Shown here one piece after another: positions 1 to 9,426 of a DNA stretch of 43,963 nucleotides. The stretch's first letter is position 1, and each line of letters opens with the position of its first letter. Under the pieces are notes generated by a model, which was given only the letters and a program-made list of their open reading frames with translations, was not told where the DNA came from and ran no database searches. The stretch lies in contig PKZM01000020.1 of the NCBI GenBank assembly GCA_003133065.1, positions 36,462-80,424 on the forward strand. Direction: 5' to 3'. The stretch comes from Acetobacteraceae bacterium. Lineage in GTDB: Bacteria; Pseudomonadota; Alphaproteobacteria; Acetobacterales; Acetobacteraceae. The position numbers and the translations under genes are program-made.

Positions 1-12
1 CTTCCTTCCTTC

Positions 13-2427
13 CTAAAACCTCTGCGCCAATTTTATCCCCACGGTCAGCGGCTGAATCGGCAGCACATACACCGTCTGGCAGATGCCGATCGTGCACTCT
101 ACCGACCTGTTCACCTGGCCAAGTTCGTTGAAGGCATTCTTCACGAAGAGTGACAGCGAAAGCCGGTTCTTGGTGATGCCGGCATCGAAATCGACGGTGC
201 CGTAGGCCGGCATGCTGCCGACGATGGCTTTTTCGTTCTGGCCGTTGGCGTCGTTGCTCAGAAGTTCGGCTTGCACGCGGGTCTGATACACGCCGGTGGC
301 CTGCACGTGGGCGTCCCAATCGAAAAAGTCGAAGGTGTAGCGGGCGGTCAGGTTGCCCTTGAAGCTTGGCGTGTAGGGCAGTTGCGTGCCCGCCGGCGCC
401 TCGGAATCGGCCGCCGAGCAGGTGCTGCCCACGGTCTTGCACAGGTTTTGGGAGAGTTCGGCATCGGTGAAGGTGGCGCCTGCGGTGAAGGTCAGGTCGT
501 TGGTGGCGCGCCATACGCTTTCCACCTCCGCCCCCTTCACGTTGGCGCCGGGGGCGTTGGAAATGATGGTCAGGCTGTTGGGGCCAAGGAACGAGTATTG
601 GAAATTGTTCCAGTCCTCATCGTAGAGCGCCACGTTGAATTGCAGTGTCTGACCCAGCCAGCTCGATTTGAAACCGAGCTCGTAATTGGTCAGGCTGTCG
701 GCCGCGTAGCCGCCGAAATTGGCATTGCGGTTCACACCGCCCGGGCGATAGCCGGTGGAGTAGGTGAAATACACCAGCCGGTCGCGATCGATCTTGTAAG
801 TCAGGTTGATCTTGTGGGTTTCGCCATGGCCGGAGACGGTCTTGTTGAGATCCACGCAAGGCGCGGAATCGAAGCTTTGCCCGGCCTTGCAGTTCACGTC
901 GTTGACGCCTTCGCCGGGGCCGAATCCGGTCTGCTCGTCATAGGCGGCGCTGAAGCCGAAGAATCCTTTCAGCGAGTTCTCGTACCAGTACGGGCGCACG
1001 CCGCCGGTTGCGGTGAAGTTGGGCAGGATATCGAAGGCAAGTTCGCCGAAGGCGGCCTCGTCGCGGTCGGTGCGCAACTGGTCGGTGAGCCATATCGTGT
1101 TGGCCCAGCCGGGCACGATCAGGGCGGGATCGAAGCCGGCGATTTCGTAATCCTGCAGGATGCGGTGGTTCTGGATCTCCTGATAGGCGCCGACGATAAA
1201 CCGCAGCCGGTCGCTTGCCGGCGAGTTCAGGCGGATTTCGTTGCTTTCCTTGTTGAAATGGTCGCGCCCCTCGATCTCCTGCCGCGGCGTGGCCAGAGGT
1301 TGCCCGTTCTTGCCGAGCCAGTTGGCGCCGGACCCGTAGATCGCATCATAATAGATGGAGTAATCGGCGTAATCGGACTGCGTCACTTCGTCGCGCACGA
1401 AGTAGCCGCCGGCGTAGGTGAGGTCGAAGCTGCCGATTTTACCGGTGATGGTGGCGCCGGCCTGCACCCAGCGGTCGTGCAGCGTGTCCGGGCCGAAGCG
1501 TTCCACATTGAGGGAGCCTTCGCTGGGGGCAAAGGAGAAGATGCCACTGGAGCGCTGGTCCTGGAATATGACGTTCGGCGTGATCGTCCAGTCGTCGGGC
1601 AGTTCCACGCGGATGGCGGCGCGGCCACCGAAGCTGTCATAGGGGTTGAAGCCGTTCTTGGCATAGGCGGCATCACTGATCGTGGCGGCGGGGGCGCCAT
1701 ACAGCCCCGCGGCGGTGGGGAAGGTGCGGGTGGCGGGGATGTTGTTGATGTAGCCGGGATCGTGCTCGTCGAAGGCGACCAGGCGGATGGCGATCGTGTC
1801 GGTGATGGGGATGTTCACGAAACCTTCGGCAACCCCGCCGGCGCCGCCATGGGCCACGCCATCGCCTTCCAGGTCGTAGCCGGCGGCGAATTTGCTGGGG
1901 TCGGGCTGATTGGTGATGATGCGCAGCGTTCCGGCCTCGGAAGATGCGCCGAACAGCGTGCCCTGCGGCCCCGGCAGTGCCTCGATACGCGCCACGTCGT
2001 AGACATGCACATCCAGCGTGCCGCCGATGGTGGTAATGGGCAGTTCGTCCAGATACGTGCCCACCGTAGGCAGCGGGCCGGAATGGTTGCCTTCGGCGCC
2101 GCTGGCGATGCCGCGCATGTAGATGGTGGTCTGGTTCGGCCCATCGGTTTGCGCGGTTACGCTGGGCAGGAGTTTCAGATAGTCCTGAAATTCATTCACG
2201 TTCTGCTGCTCGAGCTTCTTGGTATCCAGCACCTGCACGCTCATCGGCACTTTCTGCAGCTTCTCGGAACGTTTTTCCGAGGTGACGATCACCTCTTCGA
2301 TGCCATGGGCGGGTTGTGGCAGCGTGGCGGCCGGCGCGGTTTGTGCCCGCGCCGGTGATGTGGCGGCTTGCGCCGCCGCTATTGCGAGCACGCTCGCGCC
2401 GAGAAGTCTGATGCGCAGGCTTGTCAT
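13..2427 (-). CDS. TonB-dependent receptor
   Basis: Signal peptide (MTSLRIRLLGASVLAIAAAQA), TonB box-like EEVIVT, plug motif IEALPGPQGTLFG, C-terminal Phe. Start trimmed from 2487 to ATG 2427. Confidence 0.95.
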   Translation of the reverse strand: MTSLRIRLLGASVLAIAAAQAATSPARAQTAPAATLPQPAHGIEEVIVTSEKRSEKLQKVPMSVQVLDTKKLEQQNVNEFQDYLKLLPSVTAQTDGPNQTTIYMRGIASGAEGNHSGPLPTVGTYLDELPITTIGGTLDVHVYDVARIEALPGPQGTLFGASSEAGTLRIITNQPDPSKFAAGYDLEGDGVAHGGAGGVAEGFVNIPITDTIAIRLVAFDEHDPGYINNIPATRTFPTAAGLYGAPAATISDAAYAKNGFNPYDSFGGRAAIRVELPDDWTITPNVIFQDQRSSGIFSFAPSEGSLNVERFGPDTLHDRWVQAGATITGKIGSFDLTYAGGYFVRDEVTQSDYADYSIYYDAIYGSGANWLGKNGQPLATPRQEIEGRDHFNKESNEIRLNSPASDRLRFIVGAYQEIQNHRILQDYEIAGFDPALIVPGWANTIWLTDQLRTDRDEAAFGELAFDILPNFTATGGVRPYWYENSLKGFFGFSAAYDEQTGFGPGEGVNDVNCKAGQSFDSAPCVDLNKTVSGHGETHKINLTYKIDRDRLVYFTYSTGYRPGGVNRNANFGGYAADSLTNYELGFKSSWLGQTLQFNVALYDEDWNNFQYSFLGPNSLTIISNAPGANVKGAEVESVWRATNDLTFTAGATFTDAELSQNLCKTVGSTCSAADSEAPAGTQLPYTPSFKGNLTARYTFDFFDWDAHVQATGVYQTRVQAELLSNDANGQNEKAIVGSMPAYGTVDFDAGITKNRLSLSLFVKNAFNELGQVNRSVECTIGICQTVYVLPIQPLTVGIKLAQRF

Positions 2428-2759
2428 TCCGCCCCCCGTGGTACGCGAACGGCAGGTTTTGGCCGCTCGCGGAATTGTGCACGCCATGATTGCCGCCCGG
2501 GTACCGGGTACGCAATGTGTGTATCGAACGAAGCAAGGGCTGTGCCGGATTCGCCACAGCGCGGAGCCTGAAGGCTGGTTTATGGTGCCGGCACGTTAGG
2601 GAGACACACCGTATGCGGAACCGGCCTTGGGGGGATCAGGAAGCGCCCGCCTATCTCGCAACCGAGCCGGGCGCCCGACAGCCGACGGCAACACACCAGA
2701 AAAATGGGCGAAGCGGGTTTGCGTGGCGGCCATCGCAGGTGATCACCGCGGCGGCGAAG

Positions 2760-4703
2760 ATGCGGCGGCGGCTGACCTATGGCTATATGCTGGCCCTGAC
2801 GCTGCTGGCGATCCTCACGCTCAGCGGCAGCCTGATTCTCTCAAACCTGGTGATGCGGCAGTCGGATGCTGCCGCGGTGATCAACCTGGCCGGGGCGCAA
2901 CGCATGCTGTCGCAGCGGATCGCGGCGCTGGTGGTGGATGCCGCGGGGGTACAGGGGGCGGCCAAGCAACAAGCCTTGACCGACCTGGAATCGGCGGCAG
3001 CGCGCATGCGGGTGTCGCATGAAGCGCTGACGGTGGGGGATCGGGCCGCGGCCCGGCGGACGGCCGCGCTGCAGGCGCTGTATTTTGGCGGTCCCGCGCC
3101 GCTGGATCTGATGGTGCGGCGGTTCCTGGCCGAGGTGGATTCGGTCAGCCTGGCAATACGCACCCCGCGTGGGGCGGACCCCGCCGCGATCGCGGCGATT
3201 CGCGATCGGGCTTTGGGCACCCTGCTGACGCGGTTGCAGATGGCGGTCGCGCTGCATGAGGCGGCGGCAAAACGCGGCGTGGGACAGGCCATCGCGTTTC
3301 ATTGGGCGGTGGTGGCCGCGACCCTGGCGGTTCTTGTGCTGGAGGTGTTCCTGATCTTCCGGCCCCTGGCACGGGAGGTATTCGTGCTGGCCGATGGGCT
3401 GGATCGGGAGGCGCGGCGGGACCTGCTGACCGGGCTTTTGAACCGGCGCGCGATGGGCGAGGCGCTGACCGAGGTGGCCGCATCCGGCAGCCCGGTCGCT
3501 GTGATCGCCATCGACCTGGACCACTTCAAGGAAGTGAACGATGCGGAGGGCCATGCCGCCGGCGATGCGCTGCTGCGGGCGGCGGCTGCACGGCTGCCGC
3601 TGGCTGTGCGCGGCGGCGATCTGATCGCGCGGATCGGCGGCGACGAGTTCGCGGTGTTCCTGATCGGGGTGGGCGACCACGGCACGGCCAATGACGTGGC
3701 CATGCGTATCCGGGATTCGCTGCACGTGCCGGTGCAGTATGGCAATCGCACGCTGCGGCTGGGCGCGACGCTGGGTGTAGCGATTGTGCCGCAGGATGCG
3801 GATTCGGCGGAAGCCGGCATGCGCGCGGCGGACGATGCGATGCTGCGTGTGAAGATCACCGAACGCGGCGGAATCGGCTGGGCAAGCCGTAAGGACACCG
3901 AGCGTGTGGCGCGCGTGGCCGCGATCCTGCGGGCCTTCGATTCCGCGGGGCCTTTGAGCGAATTGGTGGGGCTGTCGGCGCATTTTCAGCCCATCGTGTC
4001 GTTGCGCGGGCCGCCGGTGGGACCGCCGCTTCTGCTGGCGCTAGAGGCTCTCACCCGTTGGCATCATCCCAGCCTGGGGGATATTCCGCCCGTGGAGCTG
4101 ATCGATGCCATCGGGCCGGAGCGTTCGGCGCGGTTGGGCCGTGCGGTGCGCGAAGATGCGCTGCGGGGTTTTGCAGCCCTGCGGGCAGCTTTGCCTGCCG
4201 GGGTGCGTGTGGGGCTGAATCTTTCGGCCAGCGAGGTGGCGCGGCGGGAGATGGTGGCCCAGATCGGGGACCAGGTGCAGGCGGCCGGCCTGACGCTGAA
4301 CGACGTGTCGATTGAAATCACCGAGCAGGTGCTACTCGATCGGGTGAGCGCGCGGGTCATCGATCAATTGATGAACCTGCGCGCGTGCGGTGCCCGGCTG
4401 GTGCTGGATGATTTCGGCACCGGCAATGCCGGCCTTGCCCAATTGCTGCGGCTGAACCTGGATGCGGTGAAGCTGGACCGTCGCTTCATCCATGGCCTGG
4501 GTGATAATGCGCGGGCGGAGGCGATCGTGCGGGCAACCTTGTCCCTGGCGCATGGGCTTGAGTTGCAGGTGATCGCCGAGGGGGTGGAAACCGTGCAGCA
4601 GGCCGCCATTCTGCGCCGCCTTGGCTGCGACGCCGCCCAGGGCTACCTCTTCGCCCGCCCGATGGATTCCGGCGCCCTGCGTGGCTGGGTCGAAGCCGCC
4701 TGA
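2760..4703 (+). CDS. Membrane-bound PilJ/NarX-type sensor GGDEF-EAL protein
   Basis: Two TM segments around a periplasmic region with INLAGAQRMLSQRIA; RGGDLIARIGGDEF (RxxD I-site plus intact GGDEF); EAL motifs LEAL, EITE, DDFGTG, EGVE, QG. Start chosen at ATG 2760; ORF is open from 2490. Confidence 0.9.
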   Translation: MRRRLTYGYMLALTLLAILTLSGSLILSNLVMRQSDAAAVINLAGAQRMLSQRIAALVVDAAGVQGAAKQQALTDLESAAARMRVSHEALTVGDRAAARRTAALQALYFGGPAPLDLMVRRFLAEVDSVSLAIRTPRGADPAAIAAIRDRALGTLLTRLQMAVALHEAAAKRGVGQAIAFHWAVVAATLAVLVLEVFLIFRPLAREVFVLADGLDREARRDLLTGLLNRRAMGEALTEVAASGSPVAVIAIDLDHFKEVNDAEGHAAGDALLRAAAARLPLAVRGGDLIARIGGDEFAVFLIGVGDHGTANDVAMRIRDSLHVPVQYGNRTLRLGATLGVAIVPQDADSAEAGMRAADDAMLRVKITERGGIGWASRKDTERVARVAAILRAFDSAGPLSELVGLSAHFQPIVSLRGPPVGPPLLLALEALTRWHHPSLGDIPPVELIDAIGPERSARLGRAVREDALRGFAALRAALPAGVRVGLNLSASEVARREMVAQIGDQVQAAGLTLNDVSIEITEQVLLDRVSARVIDQLMNLRACGARLVLDDFGTGNAGLAQLLRLNLDAVKLDRRFIHGLGDNARAEAIVRATLSLAHGLELQVIAEGVETVQQAAILRRLGCDAAQGYLFARPMDSGALRGWVEAA

Positions 4704-4710
4704 AGTAGAT

Positions 4711-4789
4711 AAAAGTTTTTTGCTTCTTTTTTTCAAAAAAGAAGGGCTTTCTTTTTGTTCTTTTTTGAAAAAAGACCCAAAAAACGTTT
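4711..4789. repeat. AT-rich hairpin repeat locus 1 (tail-to-tail arms)
   Basis: Reverse arm aaaagttttttgcttctttttttcaaaaaagaag (4711-4744), 12 nt linker, forward arm gttcttttttgaaaaaagacccaaaaaacgttt (4757-4789). Confidence 0.9.
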
Positions 4790-4840
4790 ACGTGGTGGTA
4801 CCCGGCTCGCGGGCCGCAGCGAGTCTGGTGGAGGGGTGTC

Positions 4841-6229
4841 ATGACCGTCAGCGTTTTTGATCTGTTCAAGTTGGGGGTGGGCCCCTCCAGCTCGCATACG
4901 ATGGGGCCGATGACGGCAGGGGCGCGGTTCGCGGGGCTGTTGCGGGCACGCGCGACGCTGGCGCGGGTGGCGCGGGTGGAGGTGACGCTCTACGCGTCCT
5001 TGGCGCTGACCGGGCGGGGGCATCACACGGACCGCGCGGTGATCCTGGGGCTGATGGGGTGGGAGCCGGCGCGGCTGGATCCGGATGAGGGCGAGGCGTC
5101 GCTGGCAGTCGTGGAAGCCACGCAGATTTTGCGGCTTGGCGGCACGCACGACATCTCCTTTGAACCGGCGCGCGATATCCTATGGGCGGGGCGCCAGCGC
5201 CTGCCGCAACATCCCAACGCGGTGAGTTTCGCCGCCTTCGATGAGGCGGGTGAGATGCTGGCCGCGCGCACCTGGTTTTCGATCGGCGGCGGGTTTGTGC
5301 GCGACGAGGACGAAATCGGGCGCAACGATCCCGACGAGGCGGGCGCGGCGGTGCCGCATCCGTTCGAAAACGCCGAGGATCTGCTGGTGCGGGCGGGGGC
5401 GGCGGGGATCAGCATCGCGCGGCTGATGTTCGAGAACGAGGTGTCCCGCCAGCCGGAGGCAGAGGTTGTGGCCGGGCTGGACCGGATCCATGCGGCCATG
5501 GAGGCCTGCATCGACCGCGGCATGCGCCAGGATGGCGTGCTGCCCGGCGGGCTGGCGGTGAAGCGGCGCGCGCTGCAGATCCGGCGGGCGATCCTCGCAC
5601 GGATGGAGCGCAACGTATCCGACCCGCTCGCGGCGATGGATTGGGTCAATCTGTGGGCAATGGCGGTGAACGAGGAGAATGCGGCGGGCAGCCGCGTGGT
5701 GACGGCGCCGACCAACGGAGCCGCCGGGATCGTGCCGGCGGTGCTACGCTATTACGACCGGTTTCATGCGGGCACCGCGGAGGGGCGGCGGTCGTTCCTG
5801 CTGACGGCGGGGGCGATTGGCGCACTCTATAAGAGGAATGCGTCGATCTCGGGGGCGGAGGTGGGCTGCCAGGGTGAGGTGGGGGTTGCGTGTTCAATGG
5901 CGGCGGGCGGCCTGGCCGCGGCGCTGGGGGGCAGCCCGGCGCAGGTGGAAAACGCGGCCGAGATCGGCATGGAACATAATCTGGGACTGACCTGCGATCC
6001 GATCGGCGGGCTGGTGCAGATCCCGTGCATCGAGCGCAATGCGATGGGGGCGATCAAGGCCATCGATGCGGCGCGGCTGGCCTTGCTGGGGGATGGGCAG
6101 CATTCCGTGTCGCTGGACAAGGTGATCGCGACGATGAAGCGAACCGGGGAAGATATGAACGAGATTTACAAGGAGACCTCGCTGGGCGGACTGGCGGTGG
6201 GACTGGCTGTCAACCGGGTGGAGTGCTAA
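4841..6229 (+). CDS. sdaA: L-serine ammonia-lyase (Fe-S type)
   Basis: [82 protein letters not shown]. Confidence 0.97.
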   Translation: MTVSVFDLFKLGVGPSSSHTMGPMTAGARFAGLLRARATLARVARVEVTLYASLALTGRGHHTDRAVILGLMGWEPARLDPDEGEASLAVVEATQILRLGGTHDISFEPARDILWAGRQRLPQHPNAVSFAAFDEAGEMLAARTWFSIGGGFVRDEDEIGRNDPDEAGAAVPHPFENAEDLLVRAGAAGISIARLMFENEVSRQPEAEVVAGLDRIHAAMEACIDRGMRQDGVLPGGLAVKRRALQIRRAILARMERNVSDPLAAMDWVNLWAMAVNEENAAGSRVVTAPTNGAAGIVPAVLRYYDRFHAGTAEGRRSFLLTAGAIGALYKRNASISGAEVGCQGEVGVACSMAAGGLAAALGGSPAQVENAAEIGMEHNLGLTCDPIGGLVQIPCIERNAMGAIKAIDAARLALLGDGQHSVSLDKVIATMKRTGEDMNEIYKETSLGGLAVGLAVNRVEC

Positions 6230-6401
6230 CAACTTGAGGTTGTAAACGGCGGGCGCGTATCAGCAATGCGCCGGACGGCGTGGATTTGAGTAAAGTCTCC
6301 AATTTTAGACTTGCTAATTCTTAAAAAAGGATTACACCGACCCTCAGCCAAGTCGTTCCGTGGGCGTCGCCGCGGATCGCCGTTTCTGAGGAGTCAGCCG
6401 C

Positions 6402-7244
6402 GTGACCAGTCATCTCTCTTTCAGCCGTCTCCTGATCGTAGCGGCAGCCATGGGCGTGGCAGCGCTCGCGCCGGCGCGTGCCAGCACGTTCACCGGCATC
6501 ACGAACGGCAATTTCGCGAGCAATACGGCTACGTACAACAACAATGGTACGATTATTGGCGCGAGCGTTACGAATTCCGACCTGACCGGCTGGAACATCA
6601 CGGGTTGCCTGGCGAACTGCCAGGGCATCCTTGCCAGCACGGACACATTTGCTGCGCTCGCGCTCGGCAACGTGGGCACGGCGGGCATTCAGTTTAACCT
6701 GCCCGATCTGAACGGCAACATTCCGATGTGGACCGGTCCGACCGGCACCGCGCCCAGTGCGCAGGCGTTTACGGAAGATGCCGGCACACAGACCGCCGCG
6801 CTATACCAGACCGTGAGCAATCTCACCGTTGGTAACACCTATACGCTGAACTTCTCGCAGGCGACGATGCAGGCGAACGAGACGGGCGAGTCGCCCGCCG
6901 GGTTCACCGCCGCCTGGAACGTGTATTTCGGCACCGGCCCTGCCTCCAACGCATACTCTGCCCCCACGGCCGTGGGCTCGACCATGGTCAACCCGTATCA
7001 GGGGAGCTCGAGCTGGGTTGCGCAGACGATGACGTTCACGGCCACCGCGGCCAGCGAGACGCTCTCGTTCTTCGCCACGGGCAGCAACGGCCAGCCCCCG
7101 TTCCTGCTGCTGGATGGAATTTCGCTGACGCAGAACACCTCCGGCGGGACATCGGTGCCGGAGCCGGGCAGCATAGCACTCCTCGGCGCTGGGCTTGTCG
7201 GGTTCATGGTGATCCGTCGCAGCGGCAAGAACGCGGCCGTCTAA
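6402..7244 (+). CDS. PEP-CTERM sorting domain surface protein
   Basis: N-terminal signal peptide, Thr/Asn/Gly-rich body, C-terminal VPEPGSIALLGAGLVGFMVIRR; GAGGAG RBS before GTG. Confidence 0.93.
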   Translation: MTSHLSFSRLLIVAAAMGVAALAPARASTFTGITNGNFASNTATYNNNGTIIGASVTNSDLTGWNITGCLANCQGILASTDTFAALALGNVGTAGIQFNLPDLNGNIPMWTGPTGTAPSAQAFTEDAGTQTAALYQTVSNLTVGNTYTLNFSQATMQANETGESPAGFTAAWNVYFGTGPASNAYSAPTAVGSTMVNPYQGSSSWVAQTMTFTATAASETLSFFATGSNGQPPFLLLDGISLTQNTSGGTSVPEPGSIALLGAGLVGFMVIRRSGKNAAV

Positions 7245-7278
7245 GCCGCAATAACGCCCCTCCCAGAACCGGCTGTTT

Positions 7279-7313
7279 GGCATGGCAGGAGCCCGCGTGG
7301 CTCCTGCCATGCC
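7279..7313. terminator. Perfect 15-bp GC-rich stem-loop after the PEP-CTERM gene
   Basis: ggcatggcaggagcc-cgcgt-ggctcctgccatgcc; no clear U-tract. Confidence 0.6.
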
Positions 7314-7525
7314 GCGTTGTGCGCAGCCTGTGCCGCAAGGTCGGCATTGGCACAGCCGCCACGCTGCGCGGCTAGGCCATCATGGGCGGTTGCAATCCCC
7401 TACGGCGCCCAGGCTGCGGTCGAAAATCGATGCGACGCCAATTTTGTAACAAATCGGTATCGCTCGGGAATCCGGGGCCGCATTGGTCGTTAGCGGCCTC
7501 GTCGATCACAAACCGGAGTGCCCAA

Positions 7526-7708
7526 GTGTTACCGAGTTCAAGACAAAATGTGGCCGCCCTGCTGGCCGCGTTGAGCGTGGCGGGGCTTCTGACGGCCTGC
7601 AGTTCCAGTTTTGGTGGCGGGTCCTCGCCGCCGGCCAACACCACCGTGGTGATCCCGCCCGGCGCGAGGGTGGTATGCAGCAACGGCAACCCCCCACCCT
7701 GCCAATAG
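7526..7708 (+). CDS. Small lipoprotein (about 60 aa)
   Basis: GGAG 7 nt before GTG 7526; hydrophobic stretch then lipobox LTAC; C-terminal CSNGNPPPC. Confidence 0.7.
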   Translation: MLPSSRQNVAALLAALSVAGLLTACSSSFGGGSSPPANTTVVIPPGARVVCSNGNPPPCQ

Positions 7709-7731
7709 TACTCTGCCAGTAATACAGGGCC

Positions 7732-8394
7732 TTAGGGCGGTATCGGCAAGCATTGGCGGGCGGCCGCAGCGGCCCGCCACATCGTTTGGCCGGAGAGGAT
7801 TGCGCCGTCGGGGCTGACAGGCAGGCCGGCCTGATGAAGGGCCGCCGCAACCCAGGTATTGCAGGTGTGGGCCAGCGTGTACTCGCTCGTCGCGACATAG
7901 AAGAGCGCGCCGGGGAAGGCGCCTGGGCCCACCAGCAGAGGGGCACCGGCTTTGTCGTGGGCGAGATCGTTCCAGATGAACGCGGAAAGCTGTGTGGCGC
8001 CACCCTGTGGCAGGCTCAGACTCACCGAGTCGCCTGGGCCATAGGCGGCCTCGGGCGAGGTGGACAGGCCGATCGCCTCGATCACGGCGGGGCCGGGGAA
8101 CGGACCGAGCAGGTATTCGCTGGCACGGTCGGCGCGGGCGGTCATGAAGGTGCGCTTGCCATAGCCGAACATGATCGTGCGGGCGCCGGGGAAAATGTCG
8201 CGGAAGATGGTCAGGGGGCCGTGCAGTTGGTCCGCTGGAATGCCGATTTCGGTATGCCAGCCGCGGCTGAGGACGGTGATCGTATCGGCGGGCGTGGCGT
8301 GGCACCCGCGCGCCTGCGGCGGCGGGGCGGCGCTGCACGCGGCCAGCCAGGCCGGCAGCGCGACGCGGACCGCAGCGGCCGCTTGTGTGGGCAA
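7732..8394 (-). CDS. DUF2459-like protein, probable lipoprotein
   Basis: LAAC lipobox-like, VLSRGWHTEIGIP, FGYG, YTLAHTCNTWVAAAL. Start uncertain (TTG 8394); the 5' extension to 8922 overlaps the opposite gene. Confidence 0.75.
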   Translation of the reverse strand: MPTQAAAAVRVALPAWLAACSAAPPPQARGCHATPADTITVLSRGWHTEIGIPADQLHGPLTIFRDIFPGARTIMFGYGKRTFMTARADRASEYLLGPFPGPAVIEAIGLSTSPEAAYGPGDSVSLSLPQGGATQLSAFIWNDLAHDKAGAPLLVGPGAFPGALFYVATSEYTLAHTCNTWVAAALHQAGLPVSPDGAILSGQTMWRAAAAARQCLPIPP

Positions 8395-8459
8395 GCGCCA
8401 TGCGCTTCCGTGGCGTGGCGGAATCGGTAATCTCCCTCGATCGTTGTGTGCGGGGTTGC

Positions 8460-9077
8460 ATGTATCAGCCGGCGGCGTTTGTGGAAGATCGGCTGGAGGT
8501 GATGCATGGCCTGATGCGTGACCATCCCCTGGCCATGCTGGTAACGGGCGGCGCGCTGGGGCTGATGGCCAACCTGATCCCTTTCCAGATTCATCCGGAG
8601 CTTTCGCCGAAGGGCACGCTGCGGGCGCATCTGGCGCGCGCCAACGGGCAACTGGCCGCACTCGCCGAGGGCGGCGAGGCGATGGTGTTGTTCCAGGGGC
8701 CGCAGGCTTACGTGTCCCCCTCCTTGTATGCGTCCAAGCGGGAGCACGGGCGCGTGGTACCGACCTGGAATTATGTGACCGTGCATGCGTGGGGCGTGCC
8801 GCGCCTGATGGACGATGCGGTGTGGATGCGGCGCCAGGTGGGCGCGCTGACCGACCGCCACGAGGCTGGGCGCGCGGACCCTTGGGCGGTGGAGGATGCG
8901 CCGGCGGATTTCGTGGCCGCACAGATGCGCGGGATCGTGGGGCTGGAAATCGACATCACGCGGATCGAGGGGAAGTGGAAGGCGAGCCAGAACCGGCAGC
9001 ACGCGGATCGGGCGGGGGTGGCGGCGGGGCTGGGGGGCGAAATGGGAGAGGTTGTCAAGGAAGGCCTTCTTTTTTGA
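8460..9077 (+). CDS. FMN-binding negative transcriptional regulator (PaiB-like)
   Basis: MYQPAAF, HLARAN, FQGPQAYVSPSLY, VPTWNYVTVHAWG, GKWKASQN. Stop codon lies inside repeat locus 2. Confidence 0.93.
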   Translation: MYQPAAFVEDRLEVMHGLMRDHPLAMLVTGGALGLMANLIPFQIHPELSPKGTLRAHLARANGQLAALAEGGEAMVLFQGPQAYVSPSLYASKREHGRVVPTWNYVTVHAWGVPRLMDDAVWMRRQVGALTDRHEAGRADPWAVEDAPADFVAAQMRGIVGLEIDITRIEGKWKASQNRQHADRAGVAAGLGGEMGEVVKEGLLF

Positions 9078-9176
9078 AAAAAAGAAGCAAAAAACTTTTG
9101 ACTTATGGCGTACGCTTCCGGCGCGGTCCGCGACAGCGCGCGCAAAAGTTTTTGGGTCTTTTTTTCAAAAAAGACC
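9066..9176. repeat. AT-rich hairpin repeat locus 2 (inverted pair, 44-nt core)
   Basis: Forward arm 9066-9099, core 9100-9143, reverse arm 9144-9176. Confidence 0.95.
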
Positions 9177-9426
9177 GCTTACTTTCTCTATCCCGTAGGC
9201 ATTCGCTGCGCAGGCGCTGCCCTAAATCATTTGTAAGCGCGTTTGATGCAATCTTCTTGGTGCAGAGCAAAAGCTTTTCACGTTAGGCTGACGTGTTGAC
9301 CTGAGCGACTCCAAGGATGCGGTGGCCGGCGGGGGCAGGCACCAGAGTGCATCGATCAGACACTGGACCTGCTTGCGTTCGGACCCAGATTTGCTTCCCA
9401 CGGGATTCGCACGCTGGAGATTTGAC

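Noticed and set aside
271-2358. Long antisense ORFs (also 18100-20292, 37521-39980, 11495-12847, 9283-10566)
   Set aside because: They are shadows of well-supported genes in high-GC DNA and carry no recognisable motifs.
4332-4869. Short ORFs containing FFEKKKQKTF, KSFLLLFFKKE or KKRSKKLL
   Set aside because: These are translations of the repeat arm in different frames, not a protein family. Only the DUF1365 leader and the PaiB tail are kept as candidates.
8395-8922. Long N-terminal extension of the DUF2459-like ORF
   Set aside because: Low-complexity Pro/Arg sequence overlapping the PaiB-like gene on the other strand.
9066-9176. AT-rich elements as ordinary intrinsic terminators
   Set aside because: Terminators do not share primary sequence across 13 loci, and these lack a GC-rich stem followed by a U-tract. 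A secondary terminator role remains possible.
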